Assembly (NCBI GenBank): GCA_018261615.1
Contig: JAGTSE010000017.1
Span: 2,239-66,238 of the forward strand
Source: Pseudomonadota bacterium
Lineage (GTDB): Bacteria; Pseudomonadota; Gammaproteobacteria; Enterobacterales; Enterobacteriaceae
DNA length: 64,000 bases
Direction of reading: 5' to 3'
Shown: piece after piece, positions 30,554 to 39,337 of the stretch
Layout: each line of letters starts with the position of its first letter
Numbering within the stretch: position 1 is the first letter of the stretch
Notes under the pieces: generated by a model
Told to the model about the DNA's origin: nothing
The model's input: only the letters and a program-made list of their open reading frames with translations
The model's database searches: none
Position numbers and translations under genes: made by a program

Positions 30554-31139
30554 GGTGGTTTCTCCTTGTTGATATCCAAAAAACGAAACGGGGCAGAAGA
30601 TGTCCCCACTACGGATGCCTTATAAATACGCTCCTGAGATGATGAGTTTTTGTTTTTGATCATCGCCTGGCGAGGAAATAAAAATTTTGTCTTTCTTTAT
30701 CATCATCGCGTCACGGCGAATTCCGATTTTGTGCTGTTAAGAGAACATCTGAATAAGCTGTTGTCGTTGTACAACACGAAAGGCTGCGAGTGTGAAGTTG
30801 TGCTTTTCTATCAGAATATCGTCCCGCAGGAGACACAGAGGCGTATCGATTTCACGCCGCATCATTCCGGCTTATTGGAATTCGCCTGTCATACCCATGA
30901 GATTTGGGGGGAGAGGATCAGGATACGTTCTGGGCGCGAAAAGATGACGCTCTTTTTACCGAGATGTTTGACACCGGTGATCGGTACAACCTGAGTAAAG
31001 GCGGATCCCGTCGTGAACTGATGCCGGTTGCTACAAACACCGGAATGCCGGTTTAACCGCTGACGCGAGACGTATTCCAAGTGCGGTGAACTGCCTGCGA
31101 TGGTAGCTCACCGCCAGATGTCTGTGACCGGCGAGGAGA

Positions 31140-31826
31140 TTAATCCTCGCTGAACCAGTCGCGATTTTCCTGGCGAATGGTTTTTACTGATTCGCTGATC
31201 TCCTGCAAGTGCAGGCTCATGGCGTGGTCGACTGCGTCAGGGTCACGTTTTTCCAGTGCGGTAAAGATATCCATGTGCTGGCGCAGCAGCATTTCCGGCG
31301 GCGAAACGTGGTCAAGGCTCATATAGCGTACGCGGTCGATGGTGGCTTTGATGTTTTCGATGGTGTCCCACGCCAGCTGGCAATCGGCGATCAGCGCCAG
31401 CTTCTGGTGGAAATTGTCATCCAGCTCGAAGAAATCATTCAGTTGCTTGCGCTCGATGGCGGTGCGCTGTTGATTGAGGTTTTGCTCAAGCAGGTAGCAG
31501 GCGCTGTCATCAATCAGCGTGGCGGCGCGGCGGGCGACGGCACATTCGATCGCCTGACGCACGAAGCAGCCATTACGCACCTGCGTCATGGAAATTTTGT
31601 TAACGTAGCTACCGCGCTGCGGGCGGATCTGAATCAGGCCGTTTTCCGCCAGCTTAATAAAGGCTTCACGCACCGGCTGGCGCGAAACGTCGAAACGCAC
31701 CGATACCTCTTTTTCCGACAACGGCGTACCCGGTGGGATCAGGCAATGCACAATATCACGCCGTAGAATGCGGTAGATTTGTTGATTTACGGGCTGTACA
31801 GGGTTGAGTTGCGTTTCAGCGGCCAT
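31140..31826 (-). CDS. rspR: GntR/FadR-family repressor RspR (YdfH)
   Basis: w[23 protein letters not shown]; FCD domain; 228 aa. Confidence 0.93.
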   Translation of the reverse strand: MAAETQLNPVQPVNQQIYRILRRDIVHCLIPPGTPLSEKEVSVRFDVSRQPVREAFIKLAENGLIQIRPQRGSYVNKISMTQVRNGCFVRQAIECAVARRAATLIDDSACYLLEQNLNQQRTAIERKQLNDFFELDDNFHQKLALIADCQLAWDTIENIKATIDRVRYMSLDHVSPPEMLLRQHMDIFTALEKRDPDAVDHAMSLHLQEISESVKTIRQENRDWFSED

Positions 31827-31915
31827 TCGCTCTTACTTTTTAAAGGGATAACCCGGCTACCATACCATTTATTTACGGTGCATCCCATACCCGGCCCGCA
31901 GACCGGGTGGGAAAT

Positions 31916-32665
31916 TTAACCCGGACGGTGAACGCTTAAGCCCGCATACGTCTGGCTTACCGGCATCATCTCAAGGGTGTTGATGTTGACATGCTTCGGC
32001 AGCGTTGCCACCCACCATACCGCTTCGGTTACATCTTCCGGCGTCAGCGCAGTGGTATTTTCGTAGGTTTTTCCCGCTTTGGCGTCATCGCCTTTAAAGC
32101 GTACGTTCGAAAACTCCGTACCGCCGACCAGACCCGGCTCGATATTGGTCACGCGAACAGCCGTACCGCTCAGATCGGTACGCAGGTTAAGGCTGAACTG
32201 ACGCACAAACGCTTTGCTTGCACCGTAGACGTTGCCGCCCGCATATGGCCAGCTTCCCGCCGTTGAACCGATATTGATGATATGGCCGCGATTACGCTCC
32301 ACCATGCCCGGCAGTACCGCACGCGTCATGTAAACCAGACCTTTGTTATTGGTATCGATCATCGTTTCCCAGTCATCAACGCTGGCTTTATGCGCAGGCT
32401 CAAGCCCCAGCGCCAGGCCAGCATTGTTGACCAGTACATCAATGTTGCGCCACTGTGCTGGCAAGGAAGACATCAACTCGTCAATGGCCGCACGGTTGCG
32501 AACATCCAGCTGCGCGATGTAAAGGTTATCCCCCAGCTCGTCTTTCAGCTCCTGTAAACGTTCCTGACGACGGCCTGTGGCGATCACTTTGTGACCGTTC
32601 TGAATAAAACGGCGTGTGATACCTTCGCCAAAACCTGCCGTTGCCCCGGTAACCAGAATAATCAT
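31916..32665 (-). CDS. ydfG: NADP-dependent 3-hydroxy acid dehydrogenase YdfG (SDR)
   Basis: MIILVTGATAGFG, NNAG, YGASK. Confidence 0.95.
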   Translation of the reverse strand: MIILVTGATAGFGEGITRRFIQNGHKVIATGRRQERLQELKDELGDNLYIAQLDVRNRAAIDELMSSLPAQWRNIDVLVNNAGLALGLEPAHKASVDDWETMIDTNNKGLVYMTRAVLPGMVERNRGHIINIGSTAGSWPYAGGNVYGASKAFVRQFSLNLRTDLSGTAVRVTNIEPGLVGGTEFSNVRFKGDDAKAGKTYENTTALTPEDVTEAVWWVATLPKHVNINTLEMMPVSQTYAGLSVHRPG

Positions 32666-32851
32666 CTCACTGTTCCTCAACGCTTTTTGTGGTGTTGAAC
32701 CCTAGCATGACCGCATGCTTGCGGTAACACAAGTCTTCCGCCTTACAGTGTGGCAAAAAACGCACGCTTGTGCGGCAGCAGAAAGAGAAAGATTGCGATG
32801 CACGCAGCGGATGCCTACTCTGAGAAGATTCACCATGTTCAGGAGCGAAAC

Positions 32852-34897
32852 ATGTCGGTTACCAATCCCTTTTTCTCTGTAAGCCCGCTGCCGTACCAGG
32901 CCCCGCCGTTTGATGTAATTACTGATGAACACTACCGCCCGGCGTTTGACGAAGGCGTGCGGCAAAAGCGTGCGGAAATCGCCGCCATTACGGCGACCCC
33001 TACTGCCGCCGATTTTAACAATACGCTACTGGCGCTGGAGCAGAGCGGTCACCTGCTGAACCAGGTAACCAGCGTCTTTTTCGCCATGACCTCTGCACAT
33101 ACCAATGATTTTTTACAGCAGCTCGATGAGGCGTTTTCCACGGAGCTGGCGGAACTGGCGAACGATATTTACCTTGATGATGCGTTATTTGCCCGCGTGG
33201 AAAGCGTATGGCGCCAGCGTGACGCGCTGGGGCTGGATGCAGAATCGCTGCGCCTTGTAGAAACGACGTATCAGAAGTTTGTCCTCGCAGGCGCGACGCT
33301 GAGCGCAGAAGATAAAACAATGCTGAAAGCGCTGAATACCGAAGCGGCGGCGCTGACCAGCCAGTTTAACCAGCGTTTGCTGGCCGCGGATAAAGCGGGC
33401 GGGCTGGTGTTGGATTATATTCATCAACTCGATGGCTTAAGTGCTGAAGAGATTGCCTCGGCTGCCGAAGCGGCGAAGGCGAAAGGGCTGGAAAACCGCT
33501 GGCTGCTCACGCTGCTCAATACCACCCAGCAACCGGCGCTGTCCGCGCTGCGCGATCGCCAGACCCGTGAAAATCTATTTACCGCCGGCTGGCTGCGCAC
33601 ACAGCGAGGGGATGCCAATGATACCCGCGCGATTGTGCTGCGTCTGGTGCAGCTTCGTGCGCAGCAGGCGAAACTGCTTGGCTTTAACGATTTCGCCAGC
33701 TGGAAAATCGCCGATCAGATGGCCGCTACTCCGCAGGCTGCACTGACATTCATGCGCGATATCGCGCCTGCCGCCCGCGCCCGCGCCGAGCGGGAACTGG
33801 CTGACATTCAGCAGATGATTGACACCCGGCAGGGCGGCTTTACCGCACAGGCCTGGGATTGGGCGTTCTATGCTGAGCAGGTTCGCCTGGCGAAATATGC
33901 GCTGGATGAATCGCAAATCAAACCCTATTTCGCGCTGAACTCTGTGCTCACGGACGGGGTGTTCTGGGCGGCGAGTGAGCTGTTTGGCATTCGGTTCACC
34001 GAGCGTTTTGATATTCCTGTCTATCATCCCGATGTGCGCGTGTGGGAGATTTTCGATGCTGATGGCCGCGGTCTGGCGCTGTTTTACGGCGATTTCTACG
34101 CCCGCGACTCAAAAAGCGGCGGCGCGTGGATGGGTAATTTTGTCGAACAATCGACGCTAAATGGCACGCAACCGGTGATTTATAACGTCTGTAACTACCA
34201 GAAGCCGGCGGCCGGGCAGGCGGCGTTGCTGTCGTGGGATGACGTGACTACGCTGTTTCATGAGTTTGGCCACACACTGCATGGGCTGTTTGCCAGCCAG
34301 CGTTACGCCACGCTTTCCGGCACCAATACGCCGCGCGACTTCGTTGAGTTCCCTTCGCAAATCAATGAGCACTGGGCCAGCCAGCCGCAGGTTTTCGCTC
34401 ACTACGCCCGCCATCATCAAAGCGGCGAGCTGATGCCGGAAGCGCTACGCGAGAAAATGCTGCAAGCCACTCAGTTCAATAAAGGCTATGACATGACGGA
34501 ATTGCTGAGCGCGGCGCTGCTCGACATGAACTGGCATGCGCTGGCCGATGGTGCCGGGGTGGATGATGTCGATGAGTTTGAGCGTGAAGCGCTCCGCAAG
34601 GAGCAGCTCGATTTGGCGGCAGTACCGCCGCGTTATCGCAGCAGCTATTTCGCGCATATTTTTGGTGGTGGTTATGCCGCTGGCTATTACGCCTATTTAT
34701 GGACGCAGATGCTGGCCGATGACGGCTATCAGTGGTTTGTGGAGCAGGGCGGTTTAAACCGTGAAAATGGGCAACGATTCCGCGAAGCCATTTTGTCGCG
34801 CGGCAACAGCAGCGATCTCCGGGAGCTTTATCGGCAATGGCGCGGTCACGATCCGCAGATCGAGCCGATGCTGAAAAACCGTGGGTTAAGTGATTAA
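32852..34897 (+). CDS. dcp: Dipeptidyl carboxypeptidase II (M3 family)
   Basis: 681 aa from ATG 32852 (SD aggag); HEFGHTLH, DFVEFPSQ, GYYAYLW. Confidence 0.95.
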   Translation: MSVTNPFFSVSPLPYQAPPFDVITDEHYRPAFDEGVRQKRAEIAAITATPTAADFNNTLLALEQSGHLLNQVTSVFFAMTSAHTNDFLQQLDEAFSTELAELANDIYLDDALFARVESVWRQRDALGLDAESLRLVETTYQKFVLAGATLSAEDKTMLKALNTEAAALTSQFNQRLLAADKAGGLVLDYIHQLDGLSAEEIASAAEAAKAKGLENRWLLTLLNTTQQPALSALRDRQTRENLFTAGWLRTQRGDANDTRAIVLRLVQLRAQQAKLLGFNDFASWKIADQMAATPQAALTFMRDIAPAARARAERELADIQQMIDTRQGGFTAQAWDWAFYAEQVRLAKYALDESQIKPYFALNSVLTDGVFWAASELFGIRFTERFDIPVYHPDVRVWEIFDADGRGLALFYGDFYARDSKSGGAWMGNFVEQSTLNGTQPVIYNVCNYQKPAAGQAALLSWDDVTTLFHEFGHTLHGLFASQRYATLSGTNTPRDFVEFPSQINEHWASQPQVFAHYARHHQSGELMPEALREKMLQATQFNKGYDMTELLSAALLDMNWHALADGAGVDDVDEFEREALRKEQLDLAAVPPRYRSSYFAHIFGGGYAAGYYAYLWTQMLADDGYQWFVEQGGLNRENGQRFREAILSRGNSSDLRELYRQWRGHDPQIEPMLKNRGLSD

Positions 34898-34942
34898 TCA
34901 CGGGCGGAAATGCTTTTAAAAGTTACATAACCTGCAGGGTTA

Positions 34943-34971
34943 TTGACCTGTTCGCGTGTGAGAAATACCGT
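34943..34971 (+). promoter_or_regulatory. Candidate sigma70 promoter for the downstream structured RNA
   Basis: TTGACC-17 bp-TACCGT. Confidence 0.5.
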
Positions 34972-34976
34972 AACAG

Positions 34977-35129
34977 ATGGTGATGAATCCCCCTGCGCGG
35001 AGGGGCAACCAGTCAAACCTTTTTGGGATATCGCGGGTTTCGTGGGCTGGCACGAACTCACCGGGAGGCACCCGGCATCACCGTAAACTCCCCGGCCAGA
35101 GGCCCGCATCATCGGGCCTCCGGTTTTTT
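34977..35129 (+). ncRNA. Candidate structured sRNA, about 150 nt (possibly STnc100-like)
   Basis: 5' GGTGATG pairs with CATCACC (35076-35082), enclosing hairpins CCCCT/AGGGG and CCGGG/CCCGG; terminator GAGGCCCG/CGGGCCTC plus U6; family name recalled, unverified. Confidence 0.55.
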
Positions 35130-35186
35130 GCTTTCCTCTCGCTTTACGGCGTAAATTCCCGCTTTTAGCTTACTCAGTTGTTGAAG

Positions 35187-35202
35187 TGTGGGCTACCTCA
35201 CA
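35187..35202. promoter_or_regulatory. CRP-like site
   Basis: TGTGG-GCTACC-TCACA upstream of the 72-aa ORF. Confidence 0.5.
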
Positions 35203-35343
35203 TTTACTACCGTGGCATTATGCCGTTCATTAAGCCAAATTAAAGGACCTGATTTGAACGTTAACATTCTGTGGCATAACCCGGGCATTCAGACAATGAC
35301 TGTGCTAATGTCGAATTAAATTTGAGCAACTGAGGTAACCGAC

Positions 35344-35562
35344 ATGACCAAAAATGTAGTGGTAATACGCGCCGGTGGTAAGGTTGAAAATGTGACCGTG
35401 GAAGACAATGCTAAATCGGTCTCGTTCAAAAATGAGCAGAGCTCGTTTCTCGAAATCCCGATTGAACCCTGGGAGCTGGATGGCGAAACCTTCCTGGTTG
35501 CCCGTTTCTCTGATCTGGTGAGCCAACAGGAAACCGAACAGGCCATCCGGAAATTTTACTAA
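35344..35562 (+). CDS. Hypothetical 72-aa protein
   Basis: SD-like gaggt, natural composition, own terminator (accgcc-tgag-ggcggt plus U tract) directly after the stop. Confidence 0.75.
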   Translation: MTKNVVVIRAGGKVENVTVEDNAKSVSFKNEQSSFLEIPIEPWELDGETFLVARFSDLVSQQETEQAIRKFY

Positions 35563-35697
35563 TTGATGACCGCCTGAGGGCGGTTTTTTACGCCATGTCG
35601 CTGCCAGAATTGAACGTTAGCGTTTCGTGTAAATAGCGGAAAATAAAATGCGAGTAGTTTGTGCAGTTACCTGAATTATCACACAGTATTCAAAACA

Positions 35698-35726
35698 TAA
35701 AAATCAAAAGGGCCTCAACGAGGCCC
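35698..35726 (-). terminator. Intrinsic terminator after the zinc-finger ORF
   Basis: Minus strand GGGCCTC-GTT-GAGGCCC-TTTTGATTTTT. Confidence 0.7.
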
Positions 35727-35728
35727 AT

Positions 35729-35908
35729 TTACATTACTGGTTTTGGCCAGCGTCGTCGGCGCGGCATTGATATACAGGTTCTGGCCGTCAGTCTTGTTCC
35801 ACATACTGAGCAAATTGCGCCATGTGGCTGTTGCCGATCCTGGCAGAATGTAGTGAATAAAAACTTTTGGCTCCTGCAAACCGGGCACTGAAATTTGAGA
35901 CTAGGGAT
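35729..35908 (-). CDS. YmcF/YnfQ-like CxxC-x21-CxxC small protein (59 aa), apparent ATC start
   Basis: Manual translation IPSLKFQCPVCRSQKFLFTTFCQDRQQPHGAICSVCGTRLTARTCISMPRRRRWPKPVM; SD GGAGGGG before ATC; terminator after the stop. Confidence 0.65.
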   Translation of the reverse strand: MPSLKFQCPVCRSQKFLFTTFCQDRQQPHGAICSVCGTRLTARTCISMPRRRRWPKPVM

Positions 35909-36033
35909 AACCCCTCCGATCTGTGAAATGGAGATTTGACGTTAACACACTCTGATTGCGCTGAAAGATATATCCTCAATAATTTCAATAGTAAAACGTT
36001 TCGCTGACGCTTTTTTTATCGCCAGTTCAGCTT

Positions 36034-36068
36034 TGTTTAACCTTCATTGAGGCATTAACTGCTAGTTT
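36034..36068 (+). promoter_or_regulatory. PhoP-type promoter of mgrR
   Basis: TGTTTA-ACCTT-CATTGA 12 nt upstream of the -10 TAGTTT. Confidence 0.55.
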
Positions 36069-36073
36069 AGCCC

Positions 36074-36163
36074 GTACAGCGTTTACCCAACCCGTTGAGT
36101 GAACGTACAGAACAATACAAAAATATCCATGCAAGCATTGACCGCCTTACGGCGGTTTTTTTT
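36074..36163 (+). ncRNA. mgrR: MgrR small RNA
   Basis: 3' part TATCCATGCAAGCATTGACCGCC..GGCGGTTTTTTTT matches recalled MgrR; convergent with mgtS; 5' end approximate. Confidence 0.85.
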
Positions 36164-36170
36164 GGCATAA

Positions 36171-36209
36171 CGAAAAAGGCCCCTCACGCATTTACGCAAG
36201 GGGCCTTCC
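36171..36209 (-). terminator. mgtS terminator
   Basis: Minus strand AAGGCCCCT..AGGGGCCTTTTT. Confidence 0.7.
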
Positions 36210-36232
36210 CGGTGGGGGATTATCGCTATTCA

Positions 36233-36328
36233 TCAATCGTCCCATTTGTGACTAAAATAAGCAGCAAGGAATCCGGAAAAAAGAATCACTCCCAGTACTG
36301 CCATAAAGACATGCATGTTTGCCATCAT
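36233..36328 (-). CDS. mgtS: Mg2+-limitation small protein MgtS (YneM), 31 aa
   Basis: Manual translation MMANMHVFMAVLGVILFSGFLAAYFSHKWDD; SD GGAGG. Confidence 0.93.
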   Translation of the reverse strand: MMANMHVFMAVLGVILFSGFLAAYFSHKWDD

Positions 36329-36433
36329 TTTAAACCTCCATCTAATTAACCAACTTGCCTCTCTTACCTTAATTATTTAGCCGCGATGGAGAGATAATAA
36401 CATGGTGAATCTCAATAAAGTTTGAATGGCTCG

Positions 36434-37438
36434 TTATTTCGCCGTTTCGGCAAAGCTCTTCCGGTACATCGCCGGGGACATGCCGTAGTGCTGATGAAAA
36501 TGGTGGCGCAGCGACGCAGCATTACCAAATCCTGCCTGCCCGGCTACCAGATCAATACGCATGCGTGTTTGTTCGAGCAACGTCTGAGCGTACTGCAACC
36601 GCGCCTGCAAAATCCAGCGTGCCGGCGTGGTGCCTGTCGACTCCTGAAAGCGGCGTAAAAAGGTGCGCGGGCTCATGCCAACCCGCTGCGCCAGTGATGC
36701 CACGGTATGATTCTCCGCAAGTTGCTGGTGGAGGAAATCAAACAGCAGCCCCAGTTGTCGGCTTTCGCGCGTGCGGGCTACCGGGCGGATAAGCTGCTGC
36801 GTCTGTGAACCATCGCGGTGTGGCTGAACCACCAGCCGCCGGGCGACCATGTTCGCCGCATCAAGGCCAAAATCCTCACGTACTACGTGCAGACAGAGAT
36901 CGATCCCCGCCGCGCTGCCAGCGGACGTCATCACATCCCCTTCGTCGTAATAGAGCACATCCTCCAGCACCATAATGGCCGGATAGCGCTCGCGCAGACC
37001 GTCGGTATAACGCCAGTGGGTGGTGGCTTTGCGCCCGTTTAACAGACCCGCTGCCGCCAGCACAAACACCCCAGAACAGATGGAGATAATGCGGCAACCA
37101 CGCTGCCAGGCTTGCTGGAGCGCAGCGCACAAATCAGCTGGAACGGGAGACTCTACGCCGCGCCAGCCAGGCACGACAATGGTTTGCGCGTCGGCCAGCA
37201 GCTCCAGCCCGCCTTCGGCCGTTACGCGAATACCACCTGTCGCCCGCAGTTCTCCGGCATCCACTGCCGCAACGGCGAAATGGTACCAGCTATCGCCCAT
37301 TTCCGGGCGCGGTAGACCGAATATCTCCACCGCGACGCCGAACTCAAAGGTGCAAAGCCCATCATAGGCGAGGGCAACGACACGGTTCGATGCGGGGGAA
37401 TGTCGTACTGTTGTCATTATCCTGGTGTTATCTGGCAT
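36434..37438 (-). CDS. ftrA: DJ-1/AraC-family regulator (FtrA-like)
   Basis: FEFGVAVEIFG, SICSG, TTHW, TSAGSAAGIDLCLH; C-terminal double HTH. Confidence 0.85.
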   Translation of the reverse strand: MPDNTRIMTTVRHSPASNRVVALAYDGLCTFEFGVAVEIFGLPRPEMGDSWYHFAVAAVDAGELRATGGIRVTAEGGLELLADAQTIVVPGWRGVESPVPADLCAALQQAWQRGCRIISICSGVFVLAAAGLLNGRKATTHWRYTDGLRERYPAIMVLEDVLYYDEGDVMTSAGSAAGIDLCLHVVREDFGLDAANMVARRLVVQPHRDGSQTQQLIRPVARTRESRQLGLLFDFLHQQLAENHTVASLAQRVGMSPRTFLRRFQESTGTTPARWILQARLQYAQTLLEQTRMRIDLVAGQAGFGNAASLRHHFHQHYGMSPAMYRKSFAETAK

Positions 37439-37505
37439 AGAATGGTGCAGTGAAGTTGTCCTGTTTTGGTTAGATTACTGTTAACACAAACAAGGAGAAA
37501 GTACG

Positions 37506-37919
37506 ATGAGCTACGTTACTGATTTTCCCGTCGCATCCCCTGAACAAGCCGCCAGCCATTTTCTGCACCGCCTGAGCGTTGAAACAGATTGCGCCGATGT
37601 GCATGACGCTATCACCCATAACGACAAAGATTTTGTCCTGCTGCATGTGGTTGGCAGCCCGGATGCATTCGCTCGTCGTCACGTTCCCGGTGCGTTGCAT
37701 CTGCCGCATAGCATGATGACTGCCGAGCGCATGGCCGCCTGGCCGTCGGAGACGCTATTTGTGGTGTACTGCGCCGGACCGCACTGCAACGGTGCCGATC
37801 GCGCGGCGCTGAAACTGGCGCGGCTGGGACTGCCGGTCAAAATCATGATCGGTGGGATCACCGGCTGGGAAAATGAAGGTTATTCCTTCGCCAGCGGCCA
37901 GAACGAAGCGGATTTCTAG
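37506..37919 (+). CDS. Rhodanese-like domain protein
   Basis: HVPGALHLP, active-site loop YCAGPHCNGA; divergent from ftrA. Confidence 0.88.
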   Translation: MSYVTDFPVASPEQAASHFLHRLSVETDCADVHDAITHNDKDFVLLHVVGSPDAFARRHVPGALHLPHSMMTAERMAAWPSETLFVVYCAGPHCNGADRAALKLARLGLPVKIMIGGITGWENEGYSFASGQNEADF

Positions 37920-38017
37920 TCCTCTTCTTTCATCGTCAATTACGCCATCGTGAAACTTCCTCATGTATGGTGAAATTTTCTCTGTTGCTGCACTCTGCCC
38001 GTTGTGAGATTTTATTT

Positions 38018-38041
38018 GGACATTTAGCCATCCAGAAGGCT
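38018..38041. promoter_or_regulatory. Three tandem MetJ (Met) boxes
   Basis: GGACATTT-AGCCATCC-AGAAGGCT in 8-bp register; 5/8, 5/8 and 6/8 to AGACGTCT. Confidence 0.65.
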
Positions 38042-38106
38042 AAAAATTCAAATAATAAATTATCACGCCGGGTAATCATCTGCTACGGCGTTTGAGGAGA
38101 ATAACC

Positions 38107-39210
38107 ATGCAGCGACATCAACCCCCTTTCCGCGCAGACGTAGTCGGTAGTTTCTTACGACCGGATACCATCAAAAATGCCCGCCAGCAGTTTGCGCGGG
38201 GCGAGATCACCGCACAGCAGCTGCGCAGTGTCGAAGATGACGCCATCCGTCATGTGGTTGAAGAGCAGTGCGCCTGTGGCCTGCATGTGGTGACGGACGG
38301 GGAGTTTCGTCGCGCCTGGTGGCACTTTGATTTCTTCGACGGTCTGGAAGGAGTTGAGCGTTACGATTCGGAGAAAGGCATTCAGTTTAACGGCGTGCAA
38401 ACCAAGGCCCACGGCGTACGCGTTATCGGCAAACTGCGTTTTGGCGATCACCCAATGCTGAATGATTTCCGCTATCTGAAGAGCATCAGTGGCAGCGCCC
38501 AGCCGAAGATGACCATCCCCAGCCCGAGCGTGCTGCACTTCCGCGGCGGGCGTAAAGATATTGATGCGACCGTCTATCCGCAACTGAATACCTATTTTGA
38601 CGATCTGGCGACCACCTGGCGCGATGCCATACACGCCTTCTATGCCGCCGGCTGCCGTTATCTGCAACTGGATGATACCGTCTGGGCCTATCTGTGCTCT
38701 GACGATCAGCGCCGCCAGATCCGCGAACGTGGTGACGATCCGGATGAACTGGCGCGCATTTATGCCCGCGTACTCAATAAAGCGCTGGAAGGTAAACCGG
38801 AGAACCTTACCATCGGGTTACATGTTTGCCGTGGCAATTTCCGTTCGACCTGGATTTCCGAAGGTGGCTACGAGCCGGTGGCTGAAGTGTTGTTCGGCAG
38901 CGTCAATGTTGATGCCTTCTTCCTCGAATATGACAACGATCGTTCCGGTGATTTTGCACCGCTGCGTTTTGTTCGTCCTGGTAAACAGCAGGTGGTGCTG
39001 GGGCTTATTACTACCAAAAACGGCGAGCTGGAAAACCCGGAAGGGGTGAAAGTGCGTATCGCGGAAGCGGCAAAGTATGTGGATATCAACCAGATTTGCC
39101 TTAGCCCGCAGTGTGGTTTTGCTTCCACCGAAGAGGGCAACTCGCTAACACCGAAGCAGCAGTGGGACAAAGTGCGTCTGGTGACGAATATCGCCGAACA
39201 AGTGTGGTGA
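38107..39210 (+). CDS. Short cobalamin-independent methionine synthase II family protein (catalytic barrel only)
   Basis: PPFRADVVGSFLRP, VTDGEFRR; Zn ligands HVC, LEYD, SPQCGF; 367 aa. Confidence 0.88.
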   Translation: MQRHQPPFRADVVGSFLRPDTIKNARQQFARGEITAQQLRSVEDDAIRHVVEEQCACGLHVVTDGEFRRAWWHFDFFDGLEGVERYDSEKGIQFNGVQTKAHGVRVIGKLRFGDHPMLNDFRYLKSISGSAQPKMTIPSPSVLHFRGGRKDIDATVYPQLNTYFDDLATTWRDAIHAFYAAGCRYLQLDDTVWAYLCSDDQRRQIRERGDDPDELARIYARVLNKALEGKPENLTIGLHVCRGNFRSTWISEGGYEPVAEVLFGSVNVDAFFLEYDNDRSGDFAPLRFVRPGKQQVVLGLITTKNGELENPEGVKVRIAEAAKYVDINQICLSPQCGFASTEEGNSLTPKQQWDKVRLVTNIAEQVW

Positions 39211-39224
39211 GTACGCAAACCGTT

Positions 39225-39319
39225 GCAGGCCTGATAAGGCGTGCTTAGCCGGATGGCCCTGGCCTACAGTTGTATCAGCACACTCTTGGGCCTGATAAGG
39301 CGAATCGGCCATCAGGCAC
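39225..39319. repeat. Pair of REP-like sequences (BIME-like)
   Basis: Two copies of GGCCTGATAAGGCG with degenerate complementary arms between convergent genes. Confidence 0.6.
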
Positions 39320-39337
39320 TCAAGAAGGTTCTGATAT

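Noticed and set aside
30650-30994. 114-aa + strand ORF in the ydfZ-rspR gap
   Set aside because: No SD and no recognisable motif; not called as a CDS.
35788-35988. 66-aa minus-strand ORF from the track
   Set aside because: Wrong frame; the overlapping frame carries the CxxC pairs and ends at the terminator.
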